Source: an uncultured Candidatus Saccharibacteria bacterium (GTDB lineage: Bacteria > Patescibacteriota > Saccharimonadia > Saccharimonadales > JACDBH01). From it: DNA of 64,000 nucleotides. Every line of letters begins with the position of its first letter. Within the stretch, counting starts at the first letter, position 1. Below the pieces are notes generated by a model that saw only the letters and a list, made by a program, of their open reading frames with translations, ran no database searches and was not told the origin of the DNA. Where the stretch lies: contig CAZHAQ010000001.1 in assembly GCA_964529785.1 (NCBI GenBank), positions 37,502 to 101,501 of the forward strand, given 5' to 3'. Below are positions 31,446 to 40,642 of this stretch, one piece after another. A program made the position numbers and the translations under genes.

Positions 31446-32489
31446 ATGAAAAGATTTCTTAGGCTGTTTGCTGTTACGGCAGTTCTAGCAGGCTTTGTGG
31501 TAGCTCAACTTGGTCAAGTCAGCGGGCAGTCAAACGCACTGGCCATACAGCCGCGCAAAGATTACTCACTGCGACCAGGGGAATCGGTAGATGATACCCT
31601 TACAGTTACAAACCGAAATAATGAAGAGACACTGAATCTGCAGCTTAAGATAGTTGACTTTCAGGCACAGGATGAAACCGGTACTCCGCAGCTGATGCGT
31701 GATAGCACTGAACGTACTGCTTGGTCATTAAAGAACTTTATAGATATGCCGCAGCAGGTAACTGTAAATCCTGGGGAAACTATCCGGGTACCGATTACTA
31801 TTTCTATACCCAATGATGTTGGAGCAGGAAGCTACTATAGTGCAATAGAATATGCGGCCACTGGACCTACTGCAGAAGATAGAGTAAACATATCGGCATC
31901 AGGTGTTAGCTTGGTATTTGTGAAAGTCCCAGGTCAAGCTAAGCAGCAGCTTACATTTATGCAGTTTGGCGCTTTCGTACCGGATGCTACTGGAAGCGGC
32001 GGATCGTTTAAGGGGCTGTATTTTGGCGAACGACCAAGGGTGCTAGCTTATAGGCTAAAAAATGATGGAAATATAGCCGAGCAGCCGAACGCAAGCATTA
32101 TAGTTAAGAATTTCTCGGGTAAAACTATATATACGGTTGCCGATGCGAATCCGAAGGACCAATTAGCTTTAAGAGGTCAGACTAGGCGGTTTGATGCATG
32201 TATTAATCCAGAAGATATTACCCAGACAACTGAATCGGGCGCTGACATTAATGCTGTAGTTTGTGGCGATACAAACCTTAGCCCTGGTCGCTACACTGCT
32301 GAATTAAGTGTATTGTACGGTGAGAATGGCAGTGAGACTCGTGAGATAAATGCTAGGACTACCTTCTGGTACTTGCCATGGTGGTTCGTGGGTCTGATAG
32401 TTGTTGGACTTGGAATCTTGGCTGGTATAGTAGTGTATATTGTCCGAAGAGTAAAAGATGTTAGAGGCCGCAAAACTCGCCGCCGTTAG
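31446..32489 (+). CDS. cell-surface protein with a C-terminal TM anchor and basic tail (CscA/DUF916-like architecture)
   Basis: Signal peptide, then a beta-rich ectodomain (YSLRPGESVDDTLTVTNRNNEETLNL). C-terminal WWFVGLIVVGLGILAGIVVYIV followed by RRVKDVRGRKTRRR. Strong SD GAGGGGAG. Confidence 0.4.
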   Translation: MKRFLRLFAVTAVLAGFVVAQLGQVSGQSNALAIQPRKDYSLRPGESVDDTLTVTNRNNEETLNLQLKIVDFQAQDETGTPQLMRDSTERTAWSLKNFIDMPQQVTVNPGETIRVPITISIPNDVGAGSYYSAIEYAATGPTAEDRVNISASGVSLVFVKVPGQAKQQLTFMQFGAFVPDATGSGGSFKGLYFGERPRVLAYRLKNDGNIAEQPNASIIVKNFSGKTIYTVADANPKDQLALRGQTRRFDACINPEDITQTTESGADINAVVCGDTNLSPGRYTAELSVLYGENGSETREINARTTFWYLPWWFVGLIVVGLGILAGIVVYIVRRVKDVRGRKTRRR

Positions 32490-32509
32490 TAAAATAAATA
32501 AGTAGAAAT

Positions 32510-32538
32510 AAAAGGCCTCGGACAGACCGCGGCCTTTT
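32510..32538 (+). terminator. rho-independent terminator
   Basis: AAAA-GGCCUCGG-ACAGA-CCGCGGCC-UUUU. 8-bp GC-rich stem (one G:U) flanked by A- and T-runs. Confidence 0.8.
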
Positions 32539-32591
32539 AACTTTTGCTGGCAAAGCATAAGAACTCAAGGTAGAATAGTAACTAAGTTAAT

Positions 32592-33503
32592 ATGAAGAAA
32601 ATTAAACTAGTATTATTAAGCTTAAGCACAGCAATGCTAGCGACTTTGGTGATTGCGCCTAATAGCTTAGCTCAGCCCAGCAGGCCCCAGACTAATCCTA
32701 GCGATCAGGGTATAGGTATGGAGGGGCGTATTCAGCAGCCGCCTCCTACAGAAGCGCCTACAATATCGCTGCCTGCTAATGGCCAAGTTTTTCAGGAAAT
32801 ACCGATCACCGTATCAGGCTTGTGTACCGATGGACTGCTTGTCAGAATCTTTAAGAATAATGTATTTGGCGGCGCGGTTATGTGTGAGGGTGGCAGTTAT
32901 AGCCTGCAGATAGATTTATTCCCTGGTCAAAACGAGCTTGTTGCCAGGCAGTATGATGACCTAGACCAAGCTAGTCCTGAGTCAAATAGAATAACAGTTA
33001 TTTATGACATTGATGTGCCGGTAGTTCCTGGATCTCCCGGTCAAGTAGGTCAGAGGGTTACGTTGACGACAAATTTCGCTAGACGAGGTGTCGACCCTAA
33101 CCAGGAGTTAGTTTGGCCAATAGCAATTAGCGGTGGTAGGGGTCCGTATGCGCTTAGTATTGATTGGGGTGATGGCAAAAATGAACTGATGACTCAATCT
33201 GCGGCCGGCAATTTTGACATAAAGCACATTTACGATAGGCCTGGTGTTTATAAAGTCATTATAAAAGCGACCGACTCAGATGGTGCATCAGCGTTCTTGC
33301 AAGTAGTAGCAATTGTTAACGGTGCCATAAATCCAGCGGCCAATATCAATGATCAGCCAACAGTTACTAGGACTAAAATAATGTGGCAGCCGGCATTAAT
33401 AACTTTTCCTTTACTGCTATCCTCATTCTGGCTAGGTAAGAGATATCAGTTGAGGCGGGTGCGATATCGTATGAAGCATCGCATTGTTCCGATAGATAAG
33501 TAA
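32592..33503 (+). CDS. PKD-domain surface protein with a C-terminal TM anchor and basic tail
   Basis: Signal peptide. PKD-like PYALSIDWGDGKNELMTQSAAGNFDIKHIYDRPGVYKVIIKATDSDG. C-terminal TM followed by KRYQLRRVRYRMKHR. Confidence 0.5.
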   Translation: MKKIKLVLLSLSTAMLATLVIAPNSLAQPSRPQTNPSDQGIGMEGRIQQPPPTEAPTISLPANGQVFQEIPITVSGLCTDGLLVRIFKNNVFGGAVMCEGGSYSLQIDLFPGQNELVARQYDDLDQASPESNRITVIYDIDVPVVPGSPGQVGQRVTLTTNFARRGVDPNQELVWPIAISGGRGPYALSIDWGDGKNELMTQSAAGNFDIKHIYDRPGVYKVIIKATDSDGASAFLQVVAIVNGAINPAANINDQPTVTRTKIMWQPALITFPLLLSSFWLGKRYQLRRVRYRMKHRIVPIDK

Positions 33504-33674
33504 AAGCTGCGTATACAATTTAGAGAGTTGGCATCCCGGTACTGGATGGATGTTTGTAGCTCGATCTAAAAATCTACGCAGCGCGCCGATTAGACTATAA
33601 GTGGCATTCCTCCTAGCACTCCAGAACATCTCTGAAGCTCTGCTTGATCGCTAAAAGGAATTAAACTCATTGCA

Positions 33675-34013
33675 TCATCTGCCTGCTAGGCGCTTTCCTT
33701 CCTCTTTAGTCGCGGGCCTGTTACTGAAGTAGTAGGGCAGGCAGATAGCCAGCAAAAGCAGGGCTACTATCGTACCTGCTAGAAAGCTCACTCCAGTATT
33801 AGAGTCGGAGTAATTACCAATCAAGAACTCTTCTCTATGGGAATTTGCAATGAGCGCATAAAGCAAGTAGATGATGCTCAGGGTCGTAGCAAGGATAGAA
33901 GTAGTCAGCTTGGTGATTTTGCTGGTGTTCTCGCGAAGGAATACGCGCTCAATTATCACCTCAATAAATGTCGCTATCAAGACTGCAGTAAGAAAGTAGC
34001 AGAACCAGTCCAT
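33675..34013 (-). CDS. small hypothetical membrane protein (about 3 TM)
   Basis: 112 aa, hydrophobic. No motif. Confidence 0.3.
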   Translation of the reverse strand: MDWFCYFLTAVLIATFIEVIIERVFLRENTSKITKLTTSILATTLSIIYLLYALIANSHREEFLIGNYSDSNTGVSFLAGTIVALLLLAICLPYYFSNRPATKEEGKRLAGR

Positions 34014-34109
34014 TTTAAGTCCCTTTCAGGGTCGTCCAATCGGAATAACCAAACTATACGAAAAGCTGCTTACATTGTCAAGTCTACTCACCTCTGTTAT
34101 AATGGTTAT

Positions 34110-35153
34110 GTGAAGACAGTTTATGTTGGTTTGAGTGGCGGAGTAGATAGCTCGGTCAGTGCAGCCTTGCTACTTGAGCAGGGTTATAAGGTGGTTGGCG
34201 TTTACATGAAAAACTGGACTAAAGACTTACCTGGTTTTGAGTGTCCCTGGAAAGAAGATTTTCAAGATGCTAAGCGGGTCGCCGTGCAGCTAAAAATAGA
34301 TTTTAAAGTCTTTGATTTTGAGTCTGAATACAAGCAAAAAGTCGTAGACTACATGATAGAAGAGTACAAGGCTGGACGAACGCCTAATCCCGACATAATG
34401 TGCAATCAGGAAATTAAATTCAAGTTATTCCTAGAAACTGCGCTAGCGGACGGCGCCGACTTAGTGGCCACCGGTCATTATGCTAAAACCGAAAACGGGA
34501 AATTACTAAAAGCAAAAGACGACAATAAAGATCAGACCTATTTTCTGTATCGAATAAAAGAACATGCTCTACGAAAAACTATATTTCCACTTGGAAATTA
34601 TACAAAGCCGGAAGTACGCGAGCTTGCAAAGAAAAGTGGTCTTGCTACTGCCGTTAAAAAAGAAAGTATGGGCATATGTTTTGTGGGCAAAGTTGGTATA
34701 CGTGACTTTCTAAGTCAGTATGTTGAAACAGAACTGGGTGATGTTATAGATAATGAAGGCAAGATAATCGGTCGGCATGACGGAGCAATTTTCTATACTA
34801 TCGGACAGAGGCACGGACTCAACATCGGCGGCGGGCTCCCCTATTATGTGACCGGCAAAGATATGCTAAAAAACGAAGTTTACGTAACTTCGGATATTGG
34901 TGACAAAAAACTTTGGCAGGAAAGTTTAAACCTTAGCGACACCCATTGGATTAACGAGCCGGGAGAAGTCGGCCACGATTATCAGATACGAACCCGTCAC
35001 CGGGCACCTCTAATCAGCGGAAGACTTGCAGGTTCAGCTGGGCAGAATAGCGTTGAAATCAAGTTAACGGATTCTATTAGAGCAGCTACACCCGGTCAAT
35101 CTGCAGTTATTTATGATGGCGACGTAGTGGTCGGTGGCGGCTTAATAATATAA
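34110..35153 (+). CDS. mnmA: tRNA-specific 2-thiouridylase
   Basis: PP-loop VYVGLSGGVDSSV and the catalytic-Cys region. GTG start at 34110 chosen because the ORF-track start at 33837 would add 90 non-homologous residues and overlap the minus-strand gene. Confidence 0.85.
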   Translation: MKTVYVGLSGGVDSSVSAALLLEQGYKVVGVYMKNWTKDLPGFECPWKEDFQDAKRVAVQLKIDFKVFDFESEYKQKVVDYMIEEYKAGRTPNPDIMCNQEIKFKLFLETALADGADLVATGHYAKTENGKLLKAKDDNKDQTYFLYRIKEHALRKTIFPLGNYTKPEVRELAKKSGLATAVKKESMGICFVGKVGIRDFLSQYVETELGDVIDNEGKIIGRHDGAIFYTIGQRHGLNIGGGLPYYVTGKDMLKNEVYVTSDIGDKKLWQESLNLSDTHWINEPGEVGHDYQIRTRHRAPLISGRLAGSAGQNSVEIKLTDSIRAATPGQSAVIYDGDVVVGGGLII

Positions 35154-35206
35154 ATTATTGGTAGTCAATATAGTGCTACCTCTGTTTTTTTGATAAACTA
35201 CCGAAT

Positions 35207-37099
35207 ATGAACGCACAACAAATTAGAAAAGCTTATCTAGAATTTTTTGAAAAACGTGAACATAAAATCATTCCCCGGTCGTTATTAGTGCCTTATAACG
35301 ATCCGACTACTTTGTTTACTGGCAGCGGCATGCAGCCATTAATTCCATACTTACTTGGGGAGCAACACCCTGATGGCACTAGGCTGGTAAATAGTCAGAC
35401 ATGTTTACGGGCTCAAGATATAGAAGAAGTCGGCGATAATCGCCATACAACTTTTTTTGAGATGCTTGGCAACTGGTCGTTAGGCGATTATTTTAAAGCT
35501 GAGCAAATTCCATGGTTCTTTGAATTTTTAACTGACGTTATTGGGCTGGACCCAAAGCGTATATTTGTAACTTGCTGTAGCGGATTCCCTGAATATGGAG
35601 TTCCAAGAGACACAGAGTCGGCTGAAACTTGGACTAAATTATTTGAATCAAAAGGCATTGATGCAAAGCAGGTAGAAATTGGTAGCGAAGATAACGGCTA
35701 TAAAGTAGGCGATCAAGGCGGACGTATTTTTTTCTATGATGAGAAAAACTGGTGGAGCCGCAATGGTGCGCCAAAAGACGTTAAGGTTGGAGAGCCTTGC
35801 GGACCTGATACAGAGATGTTCTATCTTTTTCCAGAAGTCCAGCATGATACTAAGTGGGGTGAAAAATGCCATGTTAACTGTGACTGCGGCCGTTATATAG
35901 AACTTGGTAACAGTGTGTTTATGGAATATTTACGCACTGATAATGGTTTTGAGAAGCTGCCTAAGAAGAACGTAGATTACGGCGGAGGCTTAGAACGAAT
36001 TGCCGCTGCAGCAATAGATAGTCCAGATGTATTTAAAATCAGCATTATGTGGCCAATTGTAGAAAAGCTCCAGGAAATCTCTGGCAAGAATTACGAAAGC
36101 CATACTAATGCTATGCGTGTAATCGCTGATCATCTAAGGGGTGCTACCTTTTTGGCTATAGATGGCGTAAAGCCTAGTAATAAAGAGCAGGGTTATGTGA
36201 TGCGTCGCTTGATGCGCCGAGCCATAAGGTTTGCTTTTGAACTAGGGGTTGAGCAGAATTTTCTTCAAGATGTGGTGCCGATAATCATAGATATGTATAG
36301 CCAGGACTTTCCAGAAGTAGCCGATAAGAGACAGGAAGTATTAGATATACTTGTTCGCGAAGAAAAGGCTTTTAGAGCTACATTGAGAAAGGGTATTCGC
36401 GAATTTAGTAAGCTTACGAGCGATGGCTTGACCGGCAAAGAAATTTTTACCCTATATGATACGTATGGCTTTCCGCTAGAACTTAGCGTAGAAGAAGCAT
36501 ACAAACAAGAAATATCAGTTTCAGATAATTGGCGAGAAGAATTTGAGCAGCTTATGAAACAGCAGCGCGAGCGTTCCCAAACTGCAGCAAAAGGCACATT
36601 CAAGGGAGGTCTAGGCGGTCACACCCTTCAGCATAAGAAATACCATACGGCGACACACTTAATGTACCAGGCTCTTCGGGATGTACTCGGCGATCATGTT
36701 ATTCAGCGAGGGAGCAATATTACAGAAGAACGGCTACGTTTTGATTTTTCTCATCCTCAAAAAGTGACCAGCGAAGAGTTAAAGCAAGTTGAAGAAATAG
36801 TAAATCGAGAAATAGCCAAAGACCTAAAAGTTAGCTGGAAAGAGTATCCGACTGAAGAAGCTACCGGTCCCTTAGGAGCTCTTGGTCAATTTGGCGATCG
36901 TTATGGCGATACAGTTAAAGTTTACAGCATGAAAGACACTAATTCTCCTGATGATGAGCGGCCGTTCAGCTTTGAAATTTGCGGTGGTCCCCACGTTGAT
37001 CACACGTTGCAGCTGCATGAAGACAACAAGCGGTTTAAGATAATTAAAGAAGAGGCTTCCAGCGCGGGAATTAGGCGCATTAAAGCTGTTTTGAAGTAG
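35207..37099 (+). CDS. alaS: alanyl-tRNA synthetase, short form without the C-Ala domain
   Basis: N-terminal IRKAYLEFFEKREHKIIPRSLLVPYNDPTTLFTGSGMQ and the editing-domain HTATHLMYQALR...H motif. 630 aa. Confidence 0.85.
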   Translation: MNAQQIRKAYLEFFEKREHKIIPRSLLVPYNDPTTLFTGSGMQPLIPYLLGEQHPDGTRLVNSQTCLRAQDIEEVGDNRHTTFFEMLGNWSLGDYFKAEQIPWFFEFLTDVIGLDPKRIFVTCCSGFPEYGVPRDTESAETWTKLFESKGIDAKQVEIGSEDNGYKVGDQGGRIFFYDEKNWWSRNGAPKDVKVGEPCGPDTEMFYLFPEVQHDTKWGEKCHVNCDCGRYIELGNSVFMEYLRTDNGFEKLPKKNVDYGGGLERIAAAAIDSPDVFKISIMWPIVEKLQEISGKNYESHTNAMRVIADHLRGATFLAIDGVKPSNKEQGYVMRRLMRRAIRFAFELGVEQNFLQDVVPIIIDMYSQDFPEVADKRQEVLDILVREEKAFRATLRKGIREFSKLTSDGLTGKEIFTLYDTYGFPLELSVEEAYKQEISVSDNWREEFEQLMKQQRERSQTAAKGTFKGGLGGHTLQHKKYHTATHLMYQALRDVLGDHVIQRGSNITEERLRFDFSHPQKVTSEELKQVEEIVNREIAKDLKVSWKEYPTEEATGPLGALGQFGDRYGDTVKVYSMKDTNSPDDERPFSFEICGGPHVDHTLQLHEDNKRFKIIKEEASSAGIRRIKAVLK

Positions 37100-37114
37100 T
37101 TCTACGTACATAGA

Positions 37115-37143
37115 TTGACAAAATATCAATAATTAATTATAAT
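37115..37143 (+). promoter_or_regulatory. sigma70-type promoter with perfect consensus hexamers
   Basis: TTGACA (37115-37120), a 17-nt spacer, TATAAT (37138-37143), in a 158-bp AT-rich intergenic region upstream of the small ORF and ftsA. Confidence 0.4.
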
Positions 37144-37257
37144 ATCTAAGTTTTTATTATAATTTTATTGACATTGTTTTCATAGAAGACGATACTTAAA
37201 TACATAAGCATTAATTATTAACTTAAAAATATAATTTCAAACAAAAGGTTTTATTAA

Positions 37258-37521
37258 ATGTTATCTTTCAATGTACATGAAGGAACCCGCAAATTCGATA
37301 TTACTCCTGTAGAAGGAGTTAGGGTGCCTGGCGAACAGATGGTCGGCGTAGCCATAGCTGTTGGTGATTTAGCTAGTAACTCAACATTTGTCAGCGTCTC
37401 GGGCAGGCCTTCAGTGACAGGTACGCTTGGTCCTGAGGTTACTCCTCATATGGCTCTTGAACAGCTCGGATCTTTATACGGCCCTATGGTGCTGAAGGTT
37501 CTACCTGAAGGTTCAGAATAA
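37258..37521 (+). CDS. hypothetical small protein
   Basis: 87 aa. No motif. First gene downstream of the consensus promoter. Confidence 0.25.
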   Translation: MLSFNVHEGTRKFDITPVEGVRVPGEQMVGVAIAVGDLASNSTFVSVSGRPSVTGTLGPEVTPHMALEQLGSLYGPMVLKVLPEGSE

Positions 37522-37581
37522 AGATAACTTTCTAAAAATTAGACTCCTAAAACTAAATACAAATCTGCTACAATACTGTAT

Positions 37582-38871
37582 ATGCTTAAGAAGTTTAAGC
37601 GCCCAAGTTTTGGGCGTTCTAATAACTCAGAAGAAGTTACGCCTGACTACATAGTTGGACTGGATATTGGTACGGAAAATGTCAAGGCTCTTGTCGGCAA
37701 GGTCAAAGATGATGAGATCGAGATAATAGGAGTTGGCCGAGCGCATCAGAATTTAGCTGATATGCAATCAGGAGCAATTTCGGATATTGCTAGCGTAGTA
37801 GCTAACTGTGACGAGGCGTTAACCAAAGCTGAGAAGATGGCTGGCGTAAGTGCACGTGGGGCTGTAATAGGTATCGCCGGCGAATTAGTTAAGGGTACGA
37901 CAACAACCGTTAAATTTACCCGCAGAGAACCTAGTAAGCCGCTGGACATGCCAGAGATAGAGAAAATAATTGGACTTGTTCAAGCAAAGGCCTTGGAAAA
38001 AGCTAAATCGCAGCTAGCCTGGGAGCTTGGGGGTAAAGATGTTGAAATCAGGCTGGTTAATAGTGCTTTAGTTAGCATGACTATAGACGGCCATGTTATT
38101 AGTAACCCGCTTGGTTTTCAGGGTAGAGAAGTATTAATCCAGCTATATACGGCTTTTGCGCCACTTGTGCATATTGGTGCGCTGGAGAGAACGGCTAACG
38201 AACTAGACTTAGAACTTTTAGCGGTAGCAGCTGAACCTTTTGCAGTGGCTAGAAGTGTTATTGGTAATGATCCTAATGCAAATATGAGCGCAATATTGAT
38301 GGATATTGGCGGTGGTACGACTGATATTGCTGTACTTAATGACGGCGGTGTAGAGGGTACTAAAATGTTTGGCATTGGCGGTCGTGCTTACACTAGATCA
38401 ATAGAACGGGATTTGTCTACGGATTTTGAACAGGCAGAAATTCTAAAATTAGAAATAGGAACAAATAAAATTCCCACCCACAAGAAGAGTCAAATTAAAG
38501 ACGCCATAGATAAGACTTTGGAAGTTTGGATTAGTGGCGTGGAGCTTGCTCTCGGTGAATTTACTAAGATGGACCACTTGCCTCATAGGATATTGCTCTG
38601 TGGAGGAGGTTCAAGTCTAGAAATGTTAATGGATGAACTGGCTGAGACTACTTGGTATACCTCGCTGCCGTTTACTAGAAAGCCAGTAGTGCAGCATATT
38701 TCACCTGACCAGGTAGTCGGTATTATTGACAAAACCGGCTCAGTAAACGACCATACTTATATTACGGCTATGGGTTTACTTAGGGTTGGACTAGATACTA
38801 TTAACCAGCAAAATCCTAACAGTAAAGTGGGTTCGATAAAGGAAAGAATTAACAAGCTTTTAAGCGTATAA
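37582..38871 (+). CDS. ftsA: cell division protein FtsA (actin-like ATPase)
   Basis: VGLDIGTENVKALVG phosphate-1 motif, actin-fold glycine motifs, and a C-terminal amphipathic helix GSIKERINKLLSV like the FtsA membrane-targeting sequence. Confidence 0.7.
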   Translation: MLKKFKRPSFGRSNNSEEVTPDYIVGLDIGTENVKALVGKVKDDEIEIIGVGRAHQNLADMQSGAISDIASVVANCDEALTKAEKMAGVSARGAVIGIAGELVKGTTTTVKFTRREPSKPLDMPEIEKIIGLVQAKALEKAKSQLAWELGGKDVEIRLVNSALVSMTIDGHVISNPLGFQGREVLIQLYTAFAPLVHIGALERTANELDLELLAVAAEPFAVARSVIGNDPNANMSAILMDIGGGTTDIAVLNDGGVEGTKMFGIGGRAYTRSIERDLSTDFEQAEILKLEIGTNKIPTHKKSQIKDAIDKTLEVWISGVELALGEFTKMDHLPHRILLCGGGSSLEMLMDELAETTWYTSLPFTRKPVVQHISPDQVVGIIDKTGSVNDHTYITAMGLLRVGLDTINQQNPNSKVGSIKERINKLLSV

Positions 38872-38875
38872 AATT

Positions 38876-40642
38876 ATGGCAAAAGAAACTAAGAAAGCAC
38901 CAGCATCAAGCGGAGTAAAAGAAACTATTTACATTGATGTTGATGATGAAATAACGCACATTATAGATAAGGTAAAAGCGTCTAAGAAAAAGATAATTGC
39001 CTTAGTGCTGCCTAAGCGGGCGAATGTACTACAGAGCATTGTTAATATGAAGCTTCTGAAAAAGGCGGCTGTAAACTCTAAGAAAAGTATCGTTTTAATT
39101 ACGTCGGAAACTGGCTTGCTGCCGCTGGCTGGTGCAGCTGGTATCCATGTAGCAAAAACTCTGCAGAGTAAGCCGGTAATACCAGCGGCGCCCACGGCCG
39201 CCGCTGAAGATAATGAAGCAGAAGACATAACTGAAGATACGCTGGATAAAAATTCTTCAATAGGTTCGCTGGCGGCAGCGTCAGCAGCTAGCAGCAGTAA
39301 GTCTCAAGATCCATTTGATGACACTGAAACTATTGAATTTGATAATCTAAAAATAGACGATGAGCCGGCGGTTCCAATTAAAGGTGGCAAAAGAGGTACT
39401 GGAAAGCCTGGCGGCAAATCAGGTAAGTCCAGAAAACTTAAGGTGCCTAACTTTGATAAATTTAGAACCGGTATAGGACTAGCGGTATTAGCAGGCATAG
39501 TCTTAATTGCTGGTCTTATACTGGCATTTATAGTGCTGCCTAAAGCAACTATTGCCCTAAAGACAGACACAACATCAGTTGTTAGTTCTTTTGACTTTAC
39601 GGCAGACACAAGTATTACCGAGCTTGACGCTGAAGCTAAGAAGATTCCGGCTGTACTGCAGGAGACTAAGAAAACTGATACTGAGAAAGTTGCTGCCACT
39701 GGCCAGCGCGATGACGGTACGAGGGCAACTGGAGAAGTCCGGCTGTCTGTTCCATGTTTTGGAGTATCTAGTATCGTTACTGTTCCGGCCGGCACAACTG
39801 TAACAACAGGTGATTTACGTTTCGTGACTCAGGAGACGGCACGATTAAATAGCTCATCTGGCGGCGGTCCATCTAGCTGCGTGTTTTATGACGAAGTTGA
39901 TGTAATCTCATCTGAAAATGGAGATAAATATAACATCGGCCGCGATAAGACCTTTAGCGTTTCCGGGTTTAGTAGTGTAACCGGCAAAAATGACGATAAT
40001 TTTAGTGGCGGTACTAGCAAGATTGTTAAAATAGTCAGCCAACAAGATGTAGATAATGCAGTTGAGAAAATAAATAGTCGTGTTGGCGAGTCGGTGGGGG
40101 ATGAATTGTCATCAAGGCTAGAATCAGACAAGCTCTACGCCCTAAAAGAAACCCTTACTAAACCAGACCCGAAAATTACTATAAGCCCAGAAGTTGGCCA
40201 AGAAGCCAGTGAAGTTACAGTTACTTCCGAATCAACCTATTCTATGCTTGGAGTCCACAAGGACGATCTCAAAAAAGCCATTGAAGACGATATTAAAGAA
40301 GAAGTTGATCTTGAGAAGCAGTCAGTAATTGACGACGGTATAGACGCCTCAATTATGAGAATTAATAACAATACAAATCCTGGCCAGGCTTTCATAAGCT
40401 TTAGGACTTCGGTAACTGTAGGACCCGAAATTGACGAAGCTGCCATAAAAGAAGCGGTTAGGGGCAAAAAGCGCGGAGAAGTAGAGAGCTACGCCAACGG
40501 CATCACCGGCGTTAAAGGCGTGGAAGTAAACTACAGTCCATTCTGGGTATACTCAACGCCTAAAGCTGCCAAGAAAATCAATATAGTGATTGAAAAGTTA
40601 AACGAACAGAGCACTGAAAGCGGCAATGACGGCGACCGATAG
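38876..40642 (+). CDS. hypothetical bitopic membrane protein (structured N-terminal cytoplasmic domain, TM, large extracytoplasmic domain)
   Basis: 588 aa. No FtsZ motifs (GGGTGTG absent). TM at about residue 200. Confidence 0.35.
   Translation: MAKETKKAPASSGVKETIYIDVDDEITHIIDKVKASKKKIIALVLPKRANVLQSIVNMKLLKKAAVNSKKSIVLITSETGLLPLAGAAGIHVAKTLQSKPVIPAAPTAAAEDNEAEDITEDTLDKNSSIGSLAAASAASSSKSQDPFDDTETIEFDNLKIDDEPAVPIKGGKRGTGKPGGKSGKSRKLKVPNFDKFRTGIGLAVLAGIVLIAGLILAFIVLPKATIALKTDTTSVVSSFDFTADTSITELDAEAKKIPAVLQETKKTDTEKVAATGQRDDGTRATGEVRLSVPCFGVSSIVTVPAGTTVTTGDLRFVTQETARLNSSSGGGPSSCVFYDEVDVISSENGDKYNIGRDKTFSVSGFSSVTGKNDDNFSGGTSKIVKIVSQQDVDNAVEKINSRVGESVGDELSSRLESDKLYALKETLTKPDPKITISPEVGQEASEVTVTSESTYSMLGVHKDDLKKAIEDDIKEEVDLEKQSVIDDGIDASIMRINNNTNPGQAFISFRTSVTVGPEIDEAAIKEAVRGKKRGEVESYANGITGVKGVEVNYSPFWVYSTPKAAKKINIVIEKLNEQSTESGNDGDR

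Noticed and set aside
38876-40642. Considered calling the gene after ftsA as ftsZ.
   Set aside because: It lacks the tubulin signature GGGTGTG and has a TM helix, so it is not FtsZ.
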